Source of the DNA: an uncultured Bacilli bacterium
Lineage (GTDB): Bacteria; Bacillota_I; Bacilli_A; RF39; UBA660
Reading direction: 5' to 3'
DNA: 64,000 nucleotides
Assembly (NCBI GenBank): GCA_934098745.1
Contig: CAKOPG010000008.1
Location: 6,897-70,896 of the forward strand
Under the pieces are notes generated by a model that worked only from the letters and a program-made list of their open reading frames with translations, had not been told where the DNA came from and searched no databases. A program made the position numbers and the translations under genes. Positions 52,750-61,545 of the stretch are shown here, in pieces; the first letter of the stretch is position 1; each line of letters begins with the position of its first letter.

Positions 52750-52758
52750 TGCTATAAT
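52750..52758 (+). promoter_or_regulatory. possible extended -10 promoter in the CRISPR leader
   Basis: TGcTATAAT at 52750..52758, about 100 nt before repeat 1. No good -35. Confidence 0.3.
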
Positions 52759-52859
52759 ATAACTTATAGACTGACATAAATATACATACCATTATAAAAT
52801 AATAAAGATTTCTATGTATTTATTTTATAATCTATTACCTATGAGGCGAGTGATACGAT

Positions 52860-53353
52860 TGTTTTATATTTATGTTATCTCAAATAGTATTGAAACTAAT
52901 CATGCAAGTGAGTAGTCCCAATCATCGTTTTAGATTTATGTCATCTTGAATGGTATTAAAACACACTCGATTTCACTTGGATAATCAGGGCTGTTTTAGA
53001 TTTATGTCATCTTAAATGGTATTAAAACAAATATAGCAAAGTGTTTTGCTTGTGGTGTGTTTTAGATTTATGTCATCTTGAACAATATTAAAACACTTCG
53101 TAAGATACGTACAACACCAATAGCGTTTTAAATCTATGTCACCTTTAATTGGTATTAAAACTTGTTTTAATACTTATATAAAAGCACCTATGTTTTATAT
53201 TTATGTCATCTTATATAGAATTTACATCAAAAATTTATAATCTTTACACGATTTAGATTGCCCTGTTTTAGATTTATGCTATCTTAAATGGTATTAAACT
53301 AATCTTTCTACTTATGCAAATTGGGAAGTGTTTTATATTTATGTCATTTTAAA
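52860..53353 (+). CRISPR. type II CRISPR array, 8 repeats / 7 spacers, heavily degenerate
   Basis: The 36-nt repeat is GTTTTAGATTTATGTCATCTTAAATGGTATTAAAAC. Repeats start at 52860, 52926, 52992, 53058, 53124 (37 nt), 53191, 53264 (35 nt) and 53329 (truncated). Six spacers are 30 nt and one is 37 nt. Only the repeat at 52992 is consensus and 52926 differs by 1 nt; the others carry 2 to more than 6 changes. Confidence 0.95.
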
Positions 53354-54410
53354 CAAAAAAAGAGTAGGGGGAATACCAAAGATCATTTAATTTAAAAAGA
53401 TGGAAAATTATCTGTTTAAAACATAACTTTCTTCAATTATGCGTTGCATCATCTACTTCAATCAGTATTAATAAATTATCACATTCTTTATCAAAAATAG
53501 CAAAGTCAATGTTTCTAATTTGCAATAATACTAGCTAAATTAAGAAGTATTATTTTTATCATCCTTAATAAATCATATTAATATTTTTTTAACATAAAAC
53601 AACACACTCCAACAATAAAATATTCGTTCGCTTTTAAAAATATAAAAAATAATAAAAAGATTACAAATATTAAATTTATATCATTATAATAAAAAACAGT
53701 AATAATATAATTAACTATACCTTAATAAATATATTATTTGTAGTCTTATTACTCTTTTTTGTCCTTTCAATTAAGTTCCTATAATATATATTATGTTAAC
53801 TTCTCTATATTTTTAAATTATATAATATATCCAAATAATAAAATATAATTAATAAATAAAAACCTTTAATTCATTTATATCTAAGTTTTCCTTTGTAATT
53901 CTAAACAATAGCAATTACATATAAATATTTATTATTTATTATTAATTATCTATTATTATCTATATAATATATATTAATAAGATTTATATATTAATAATAA
54001 ATAAACGACACTTAATTAACATCGCCTACACTCATACACTTACCAAAATTTGCACCGATTATGTCTTAGCTTATCACTTTATTCATCCACGATGCAAATT
54101 TTTTTAAGCAAAACATCTTACAATATTACATTACATAGTCTTCATCTTCTTATAATATTCAAAAACTATCATTCCTTCATCTTAACTAATTAACAAAGAA
54201 TTTTTCCTCCGCTAAAATTTGCATCGAGATTATCCTAGCTTATTAACTTATCCACCTACAATGCAAATTAAAATTAAATCATCTCTATAAATTTTGCATC
54301 GAATTCAACATATTAATATTCTTATCCATCATTATTTCAAAATTATATCAATTAATCATATAACGTATAATTTTATCTTAATTGCTAACACTATATAATG
54401 GAGGTTAACT

Positions 54411-54584
54411 ATGAAAAAAGCTAATAATCAAACGATAAAATGTGATGTTACAAATTGTAAATATAATGATGATGAAAAATATCTATGTTGCTTAAATGAA
54501 ATAGACATTTCTTGTACTTGTAATAAGTGCCAATGCAAAAACAAAAAGGAAACTATTTGTAATTCATTTGAAGAAAAAGAATAG
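54411..54584 (+). CDS. DUF1540-family small Cys-rich protein (not in the ORF track)
   Basis: GGAGG RBS, ATG at 54411. The 57-aa product is MKKANNQTIKCDVTNCKYNDDEKYLCCLNEIDISCTCNKCQCKNKKETICNSFEEKE*, with the C.V..C.YN....C.....I........ET.C.SF pattern of DUF1540. Strong terminator follows. Confidence 0.65.
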   Translation: MKKANNQTIKCDVTNCKYNDDEKYLCCLNEIDISCTCNKCQCKNKKETICNSFEEKE

Positions 54585-54606
54585 GGGACAACTCCCCTAT
54601 TTTTTC
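54582..54606 (+). terminator. rho-independent terminator
   Basis: Stem tagggga / tccccta with loop caac, followed by T7. Confidence 0.75.
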
Positions 54607-54675
54607 TTGTATTTATAATTTTCATTTTCATAAATATTTTTAAACTATTTATCTAAAATTATTTTTAATTAAATA

Positions 54676-55557
54676 TTATTTCATCAACTTATTGTTATTC
54701 AAATCATACTTATAAACTTTATATTTATTATCTTCAATCACTACATTAAAATATACAAAATTATCATCCGTAGTAATTTTTAAACTATCCCTCTCCTTCT
54801 CTTTCGTATAATTATACCAAGAAGGAATTTTCATAATTAATTTTGAATTCAAATTACTATCTAATATATCTATATTACCATCTTCAAAAGCTATAATAAT
54901 ATCTTTAATTGAATATACATAATTATATGTTTTTTTAGTCTGCATATCACCATATGCTACGATATTATATTTATTATCTTTTTCATAAGCGTAGTAATTA
55001 TCATTAATTAATACTGCTAAGCTATATTGTGGAGTTATATCGATATTCTTATCCCCTACTCCTTTAATACCGTATTTATTATCCTGCTTATATGTCAGTA
55101 TATCATTCTTAAATTCTCTAATCTCACTATAAATTGGATCTACAACTATCTTGTTATCTTGAATATTGATTACTCCTTGTAAATTATCGGTATTTGTAAA
55201 TATATAATCATTATTACCAATATAATGATAATCTACATAAGCATTATTAATTATTTTATCTTCTTTATAATTATAAATCCAGGCTTTATTATCTTTTTTT
55301 AAAATGACTTCATTATCATTAAGTTCCTTTATATAAGGACATATTTCATCTTCACAAAGAACTCGGTTGTAGTAATTATCATCTGGCTCATGTTGTGATG
55401 TACATAAATTATCACTACAGTTATAAAAATATAAATATTCATTCAAATCTAAGTATTCCCATTTTACTTTATATCTAATGACTAGAAATAAAATTAATAC
55501 TAACACTGCATATATTCCTACTACCCAAATGATTCTCCATATATTATTCTTTTTCAT
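54676..55557 (-). CDS. N-terminally anchored protein of unknown function, coupled to the P-type ATPase
   Basis: 293 aa, one N-terminal TM helix, Y/N/D-rich repeats. Its start overlaps the ATPase stop by 14 nt. Confidence 0.55.
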   Translation of the reverse strand: MKKNNIWRIIWVVGIYAVLVLILFLVIRYKVKWEYLDLNEYLYFYNCSDNLCTSQHEPDDNYYNRVLCEDEICPYIKELNDNEVILKKDNKAWIYNYKEDKIINNAYVDYHYIGNNDYIFTNTDNLQGVINIQDNKIVVDPIYSEIREFKNDILTYKQDNKYGIKGVGDKNIDITPQYSLAVLINDNYYAYEKDNKYNIVAYGDMQTKKTYNYVYSIKDIIIAFEDGNIDILDSNLNSKLIMKIPSWYNYTKEKERDSLKITTDDNFVYFNVVIEDNKYKVYKYDLNNNKLMK

Positions 55558-57883
55558 CTACTATTTTACCCCTTTTCTTTTTAAAATAGAAAGCTTTAAA
55601 CTTATCATATAAATATTCTAAAAATTCTGCCATATAATTATTTGCAAATATAATTACTCCGGTAATAAATATTGATAGGAAATTTATTTTTTTAATTAAT
55701 AATAATTCTCTAAATATAAATAGTAGGATATAAAATGCAATAGAACAAGTATATACAAGTGTTTTTCTTACTAGAGATAATGGTTTACTAATATTATAAA
55801 GTAATCTTAAATTTAAGTATCCCGTTGCCGCTACCACCGCAAAACGGAAATAATCGAAATCGATATGAAAAATATTAGAAATCATAATTAAAAATAAAAT
55901 ATTAATATATACACATATTCCACTTGGTAAAGCATTCCGAAATACTTTAATTAAAAAGCCTTTTTCTACTTTATCATAGTTTGGTTCAATAGCTAAAAAG
56001 AATGATGGAATACCTACACAAATAGCACTTATTAAGGATAGTTGAATTGGATAAAAAGGGTATTCATGGCTTAAAATAATACATAAAATAGATATTAAGA
56101 ATGAATAAGTCGTTTTAATTAAATACATACTGGCAACACGTTCAATGTTGTTTACTACTCTTCTACCTTCATTAACAATATCTGGTAGTATTGAAAAGTC
56201 CGAATTCGTTAGAACTACTTCTGATACACTTCTAGCAGCACTTATACCAGAAGCTAGAGCAATACCACAATCAGCTTCCTTTAAAGCTAAAATATCATTT
56301 ACTCCATCGCCAATATAACCGACGGTTTTATCACTTTTTAAAGCTTCGACAAGTAATTGTTTTTGATAAGGTGTAACTCGTCCAAATATCATATAATTTT
56401 TAACAATCTTTTTTAATTCTTCTTTATCTTCTGGTAAATCATTTCCTGAAATATATTTATCATAGCCACTAATATTTATTTGTTTTAATAAATTGCTTAC
56501 CGTTATCGGATTATCTCCAGAAATTATTTTAATATCTACATCTTGTTTTTTAAAGTATTCTAAAGTTTCCTTAGCACTTTTTCTAATCGTATCTTTTAAA
56601 ATAATAAATGCCACAATTTCATTAGTTTTTTTATTAAATTTTTCTTCACAAGCACATACCGTAATAATTCTTAAACCATTATCAATATAGTCTTTTAACT
56701 CTGGATAGTCATTATATTCTTTATCTGTTAAATTATCTAATGAACCAAGGGCATAAGTCCCATTTTTAAATTTAGTCAAAGCATATTTTCTTGAAGAATT
56801 GAAAGGAACCCGATCTAAAACTTCTAATTCTTCCTTCTTTTTGAAAACTTTACAAATAGCATTATCCGTAGCGTTTCCTGAAGTATTTACCATATTAGCA
56901 ATAATATTATTAATTTTATCTTTATCTTTAACTTTATAAATTATATGTTCTACTTTTAAACTACCATCAGTAATTGTCCCAGTTTTGTCAAGACATAAAA
57001 CATCAACACAGGCTAACAGTTCAATACCACTTAACTTTTGAATAATGACTTTTTTATTAGCCATTTTAATAACGCCAACTGTTAAAGATATTGAAGTTAA
57101 TAAAACTAAGCCTTCCGGTATCATGCCTATAACTCCAGCTATAGAAGATAAAACCGATTCAGCATAATTTTGCCCACTATATACAAACTGGGTAATAAAT
57201 AGTAATATTCCCGTTGGAATAATTAAAAAAGTAACTACTTTTAAAATAGAATTAATACTACTCATTAAATATGAAGAATTCTCTGATACTTCACTAGCTT
57301 CTTTAATTAAATTATTTGCATATGTATCTTTATTAATTGAAGTTACTTTAGCATAACATGAACCACTAGTAACAATAGAGCCTGATATTAATTTATCATT
57401 TTCATGTTTAGGCATTGCATCACTTTCACCAGTAACCACCGATTCATCTACTTCTAAATAATTACTTTGAATAACCATTGCATCGACAACTAAAGAATCT
57501 CCTTGGTTTAAATACATTACATCGTCTAAAACAATCTCTTCAGGTTTTATAACTTCTTTTTTGCCTTCACGAATAACTGTAACTGTATTAGTAGTAGTAA
57601 TTTTAAGTTTATCAATAATAATCTTAGCTTTTATTTCTTGATATATTCCTATAATTGTATTAAAAAATATTGAAGCTATAAATGTAGCATTAACTAAAGA
57701 ACCGGTAGTAAGTACTAAGATAAATAATACTATATGTAATAAGTTGAATAATGTTATTGTATTAGATAGAATAATATCTTTAATACTACGAGAATTTTTA
57801 ATATTTTCATTATTTACTAACCCATTATGAATACGATATTCTAACTGGGTTTTATTTAAACCTTCCATATTAACCTCTTTCAA
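55544..57883 (-). CDS. cation-translocating P-type ATPase (P2/P3-like, HAD-IC)
   Basis: 779 aa. TGES, CLDKTGTITDG phosphorylation site, ISGDNP and GDGVNDILALKEAD hinge. About 8-10 TM helices. Confidence 0.9.
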   Translation of the reverse strand: MKEVNMEGLNKTQLEYRIHNGLVNNENIKNSRSIKDIILSNTITLFNLLHIVLFILVLTTGSLVNATFIASIFFNTIIGIYQEIKAKIIIDKLKITTTNTVTVIREGKKEVIKPEEIVLDDVMYLNQGDSLVVDAMVIQSNYLEVDESVVTGESDAMPKHENDKLISGSIVTSGSCYAKVTSINKDTYANNLIKEASEVSENSSYLMSSINSILKVVTFLIIPTGILLFITQFVYSGQNYAESVLSSIAGVIGMIPEGLVLLTSISLTVGVIKMANKKVIIQKLSGIELLACVDVLCLDKTGTITDGSLKVEHIIYKVKDKDKINNIIANMVNTSGNATDNAICKVFKKKEELEVLDRVPFNSSRKYALTKFKNGTYALGSLDNLTDKEYNDYPELKDYIDNGLRIITVCACEEKFNKKTNEIVAFIILKDTIRKSAKETLEYFKKQDVDIKIISGDNPITVSNLLKQINISGYDKYISGNDLPEDKEELKKIVKNYMIFGRVTPYQKQLLVEALKSDKTVGYIGDGVNDILALKEADCGIALASGISAARSVSEVVLTNSDFSILPDIVNEGRRVVNNIERVASMYLIKTTYSFLISILCIILSHEYPFYPIQLSLISAICVGIPSFFLAIEPNYDKVEKGFLIKVFRNALPSGICVYINILFLIMISNIFHIDFDYFRFAVVAATGYLNLRLLYNISKPLSLVRKTLVYTCSIAFYILLFIFRELLLIKKINFLSIFITGVIIFANNYMAEFLEYLYDKFKAFYFKKKRGKIVDEKE

Positions 57884-57903
57884 AAAGGGATCGCTTGATC
57901 CCT
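57881..57903 (-). terminator. rho-independent terminator after the M23 peptidase gene
   Basis: Minus strand gggatc-aagc-gatccc followed by TTTTT. The ATPase RBS follows immediately. Confidence 0.6.
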
Positions 57904-57906
57904 GTA

Positions 57907-59115
57907 TTATCTATAAAAATATCCGCCACCACTATATACCAAACTAGGGAATGAGAATAATTCTCTTGGATTGATTGAATATGAATTAAAATCAAATGCT
58001 TTATGTCCTTCAGCTATTCCAAAATGGAGATGTGCCCCCGTTGTACAAGTATCATAACCACCATGAGCTGAAGAAGTACTATAACCTCCGACATAACCTA
58101 TAACCGTCTGATCGGTTACTACTTTACCTACGGTTATACCATTTGCTATACTAAGTAAATGCATATAAACTGAAGTATATTTTTTACCATTAACATTATG
58201 TGTTATATAGACTGCATTCCCCCCGCAACTATAAAAGGCTATTCTAGCCACCACACCATTTGCTGCGGCATATACATTAGTACCTTCACCTACACAGTCT
58301 AAATCTATTGCATGATGACCGCCACCACCACTATAATCTGTTCTAATATTAAATCCGGTATATTCACTAGTTACACAACCCTTAACAAGTGGATATTTCC
58401 AACCATAAGCATTAATACCGCCACCTTTACCGCAAGTATTAACATCTTGATATCTAGAACATCCCATATCTTCATAAGTTTTAATAATCTCTTTTAAATT
58501 CTTAATATCTTCTTCGATATCTACACCTTCAGCTTTAAAATTAGCTAGATTATATGTCAAAGTATTAACTTTTTGTTTTAATTCTTGACGATCACTCTCT
58601 AATTTTTTATTTTTTTCAGCTAATTCTTTTTCTTTTTGTTGTAGTGTTATTATAAGTTGTTCTAATTCATCGATTAAATCTGAATTATAATTAGTAAGTT
58701 GTTTAACAACCTCATAACGATAGATAAATTCAGTATAATTCTCTGCATCAAATAAATACTCTAAATAAAGATTACCACCATTAGATACTTGTAAAAATTG
58801 AATTAAGCCATCAGTTTCAGTCTTTTTACTTTCAATATCACTTTTACTTTGTTCGATATCTTCTTCAGCTTTTTTAATATCCTTACGTGTAACTTCAATT
58901 GTATTTGAAATACTACTAATCTCATTATTTAACTTATTAATTTCATTTTCCGTTAAATTCTTATTATTTTTATTAGTATTATATTTAACTTGTAAATCAG
59001 CTAATTGATTATAATAATCTTGTAATGTAATTGCTTTAATATTACTAGAAAACATCATCATTAAAAGCAAAAATACTAGTATTTTTATCTTCTTATTAAG
59101 TCTATCCTTCTTCAT
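57907..59115 (-). CDS. M23-family peptidoglycan metalloendopeptidase with an N-terminal coiled coil
   Basis: 402 aa. Signal peptide, ~200-aa heptad-rich coiled coil, HHAIDL and GAHLHF zinc-ligand motifs. Promoter TTGACT-N18-TATAAT on the minus strand at about 59131..59165. Confidence 0.85.
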   Translation of the reverse strand: MKKDRLNKKIKILVFLLLMMMFSSNIKAITLQDYYNQLADLQVKYNTNKNNKNLTENEINKLNNEISSISNTIEVTRKDIKKAEEDIEQSKSDIESKKTETDGLIQFLQVSNGGNLYLEYLFDAENYTEFIYRYEVVKQLTNYNSDLIDELEQLIITLQQKEKELAEKNKKLESDRQELKQKVNTLTYNLANFKAEGVDIEEDIKNLKEIIKTYEDMGCSRYQDVNTCGKGGGINAYGWKYPLVKGCVTSEYTGFNIRTDYSGGGGHHAIDLDCVGEGTNVYAAANGVVARIAFYSCGGNAVYITHNVNGKKYTSVYMHLLSIANGITVGKVVTDQTVIGYVGGYSTSSAHGGYDTCTTGAHLHFGIAEGHKAFDFNSYSINPRELFSFPSLVYSGGGYFYR

Positions 59116-59185
59116 TGTACCACCTTAATATAATTATAACTTATCTTACTTGTGAAAGTCAATAATTATAATTAATTTACAATAT

Positions 59186-59214
59186 TTATTATCCCCGAGG
59201 GACTAACGTAATAT
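59186..59214 (-). repeat. copy B of the conserved ~30-bp intergenic motif
   Basis: The plus strand reads ttattatccccgagggactaacgtaatat, i.e. the reverse complement of the copy A/D consensus. Confidence 0.65.
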
Positions 59215-59248
59215 TTGTTGCTAACTTATCTATCTAGTTAATAATTAG

Positions 59249-60646
59249 TTATCTTTTTTTAACTCTTCTAAAACTATCAAAATTAACCCCTTTATCAAAG
59301 CATTTATTTGTCGTATTTTTAATAAATCTAGATATTTTATTAGTATTTTGATAGTATCTTTCTCTAAAGAAATCCTTATCTTCCATCTTATCAAATAATA
59401 AGTCTAATAATACTTCTAATTTATCTTCTAAACTTAACTTTTCCCTTAACATAAGATGTTTTTGATATTCTTCATGCTCGATAGACATATTAGCTATTTC
59501 ACATGATTTTTGAACTAATCTTAATATTAATCTAATATTATTATGTAACTCTAAAAAATCTATTTCGCCATTTGGTATTCTTATCTCTATAGTAGGATAC
59601 TTAGTAATAACATTAAATCCCTTATATCTATCCATCATAATCTCTTTAAATATATTTATTACTTCTTCTAAATCCATCTCATCAGTATTTTCAAAATCCC
59701 CTAATTTAATAGCTAATAAACATCTTTTTTTAATCTTTTCGGCATATAAATTAACATTATGTCTCTGACTAGTTCCAGCCTTATTAAAAATAATATATAA
59801 TATATCTTCACAATTACAATATATTTCTACTAGCTTTAAAAATTCTTTATTACTCTTAAAATAATTAATCCCAATATGAATATGTCCACCACAATATTCA
59901 TTCGTAGTAAAACCACATTCTCTTAAAAGCTTACATAAACATAATAATTCCTTATTACTCTCATAACTATAATTTAAAACTGGCGAAGTTATTTCTAAAC
60001 CATTCGATACTGATCCTTCATCCTTAACATTATAATTACCTAAAATATTTTTAAAAGTTTGAAATAAATATATTTTATCATGTCTTAATTCAAGTTCTAT
60101 TCCAAAAGTAATATCTTTATCAATATCTAAATCTATATAATTTATAATCTCATAAGAACAACTCTCTAATAATTGCCTTCTATATGGTAAATAATTAGAT
60201 AAAGCAAATAATTTATATTCATTATCAGCTATCATATTAATTAACTTAATTTTTAATTCTAATATATCTATTTTATCAATAATTAATAATTTAATCATTA
60301 TATTATTTTCCCATTTAAAATAATTAATAATTGCCTCTTCATTATAACTACTAATAAGTAAATCTACATAATAATCAATATATTCTCTTTTACCTTTTAA
60401 AATGTTCAAATACCCTATTTTAATAGTTTCATCTACTTTATTTATAATCCTTAAAAATATTGTTTTAGAAAAATATAATAATAATTTATTTAAAAGAGCA
60501 TATATAATAACTACATCTTTTATTTCATTAATTAAATTAGCTATTTTCCTCTCATCAAGTATCTTTATATTCTTAATAATATATTTATATTTTTCTTTAT
60601 CACTCATAGTAATACTCCTACATGTCTTAATATTATAAACTAACAT
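59249..60646 (-). CDS. amidoligase (glutamine-synthetase-like, Amidoligase_2-type) with a ~170-aa N-terminal extension
   Basis: 465 aa. The four signature blocks occur in order: TFGIELELRHD, DEGSVSNGLEITSPVL, CGGHIHIG, PTIEIRIPNGEIDF. Confidence 0.6.
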   Translation of the reverse strand: MLVYNIKTCRSITMSDKEKYKYIIKNIKILDERKIANLINEIKDVVIIYALLNKLLLYFSKTIFLRIINKVDETIKIGYLNILKGKREYIDYYVDLLISSYNEEAIINYFKWENNIMIKLLIIDKIDILELKIKLINMIADNEYKLFALSNYLPYRRQLLESCSYEIINYIDLDIDKDITFGIELELRHDKIYLFQTFKNILGNYNVKDEGSVSNGLEITSPVLNYSYESNKELLCLCKLLRECGFTTNEYCGGHIHIGINYFKSNKEFLKLVEIYCNCEDILYIIFNKAGTSQRHNVNLYAEKIKKRCLLAIKLGDFENTDEMDLEEVINIFKEIMMDRYKGFNVITKYPTIEIRIPNGEIDFLELHNNIRLILRLVQKSCEIANMSIEHEEYQKHLMLREKLSLEDKLEVLLDLLFDKMEDKDFFRERYYQNTNKISRFIKNTTNKCFDKGVNFDSFRRVKKR

Positions 60647-60684
60647 ATATTTAAAGTCAAAAAAATATGAATATTTAATTCATA

Positions 60685-61371
60685 TTAATCGTTCCATTTT
60701 ATTAAGATTTTACTATCTATTAAAGAAGCATCAAAACGATAATGCTTAGTAACTGTAGCTCTTTCTAAATAATCTTCTTCTCTTACTGGTTGTCCCCCAT
60801 TATGAATAATATAACTAATACCTTTCTTATTATGATAATCTGAAACAATTCCTATATGACTATTATTTCCAAAAATAACAATATCTCCAGGCATCCATTC
60901 TTCAATATCATATATATCATTCGTAATAGTTTGAGCATATTTATCAAAGAATACTCTTAAATTTACCACTCTTCTAAAATCTATATTCTTATCCATCTTC
61001 TTAATATTATAATCTTCCATATTATTAGCTATATCATTATTAACCATCTCTTTTAAAGAATATCCTGCCTCTTTAAAAGCTCGCCAAATAACATCAGTAC
61101 ATACACCAATATTATCTGGAGGATAGCCATTATTATAATAACTAGATTTATATCTTGGTTTATTTTTAGCATCCTTCTTAGCCCCATTCAAAATATCGGT
61201 ATAATCGTCTATTCCATTATTATTATAATCTATCTTACTCTTTAAAACAGTAATATTAAAATCACTTGCTAAATATTTTTTTCTACTAATTACTCCAAAG
61301 TAACATAATAATTTTATTACTATTCCCAATAAAATTATCAATAACATTATTAATATAAACTTCTTTTTCAT
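60685..61371 (-). CDS. DUF1287-family secreted/anchored protein
   Basis: 228 aa. N-terminal anchor. YYNNGYPPDNIGVCTDVIWRAFKEAGY and PGDIVIFGNNSHIGIVSD blocks typical of DUF1287. Promoter TTGCAA-N17-TATAAT on the minus strand upstream. Confidence 0.7.
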   Translation of the reverse strand: MKKKFILIMLLIILLGIVIKLLCYFGVISRKKYLASDFNITVLKSKIDYNNNGIDDYTDILNGAKKDAKNKPRYKSSYYNNGYPPDNIGVCTDVIWRAFKEAGYSLKEMVNNDIANNMEDYNIKKMDKNIDFRRVVNLRVFFDKYAQTITNDIYDIEEWMPGDIVIFGNNSHIGIVSDYHNKKGISYIIHNGGQPVREEDYLERATVTKHYRFDASLIDSKILIKWND

Positions 61372-61422
61372 AACATCACAAATTAATTATATCTTAATAA
61401 ATAAAATATTGCAATAATATAA

Positions 61423-61453
61423 CTATTATCCCTAAGGGACTAACGTAATATCT
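61423..61453 (-). repeat. copy C of the conserved ~30-bp intergenic motif
   Basis: The plus strand reads ctattatccctaagggactaacgtaatatct. Confidence 0.65.
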
Positions 61454-61470
61454 ATTACTAACATATATAT

Positions 61471-61501
61471 TAAAAATACCAATATAATCTATATTGGTAT
61501 T
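61471..61501 (-). terminator. rho-independent terminator of CDS 61546..63360
   Basis: Perfect 12-bp stem aataccaatata / tatattggtatt with a 3-nt loop, followed on the minus strand by TTTTT. Confidence 0.7.
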
Positions 61502-61545
61502 AACTTCTTTTTATAATATAGTAATTTAAGAGAAGTCGTTTACGC

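Noticed and set aside
52791-52831. 12-bp A/T-only hairpin attataaaataa / ttattttataat in the CRISPR leader.
   Set aside because: It is pure A/T low-complexity sequence, so the structure is weak and probably fortuitous.
54044-54343. DnaA-box-like 9-mers in an AT-rich region, considered as a chromosomal oriC.
   Set aside because: There are no dnaA, dnaN or rpmH genes nearby. The boxes match only 7-8 of 9 positions. ftsZ, mnmA and the sporulation genes do not indicate an origin-proximal context. Kept only as a low-confidence observation.
53354-54410. Search for degraded cas1/cas2/csn2 downstream of the array.
   Set aside because: No reading frame longer than a few dozen codons exists on either strand, and the region is too short (about 1 kb) to hold the module. 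Only a 33-codon nuclease-like fragment was noted separately.
59249-60646. Checked whether this ORF, or any other ORF in the window, could be the DGR reverse transcriptase or Avd, and whether any intergenic region holds a template repeat.
   Set aside because: No YxDD/IGxxxSQ-type RT motifs occur in any ORF, and 59249..60646 matches amidoligase blocks instead. No second GC-rich, VR-like stretch is visible in the window.
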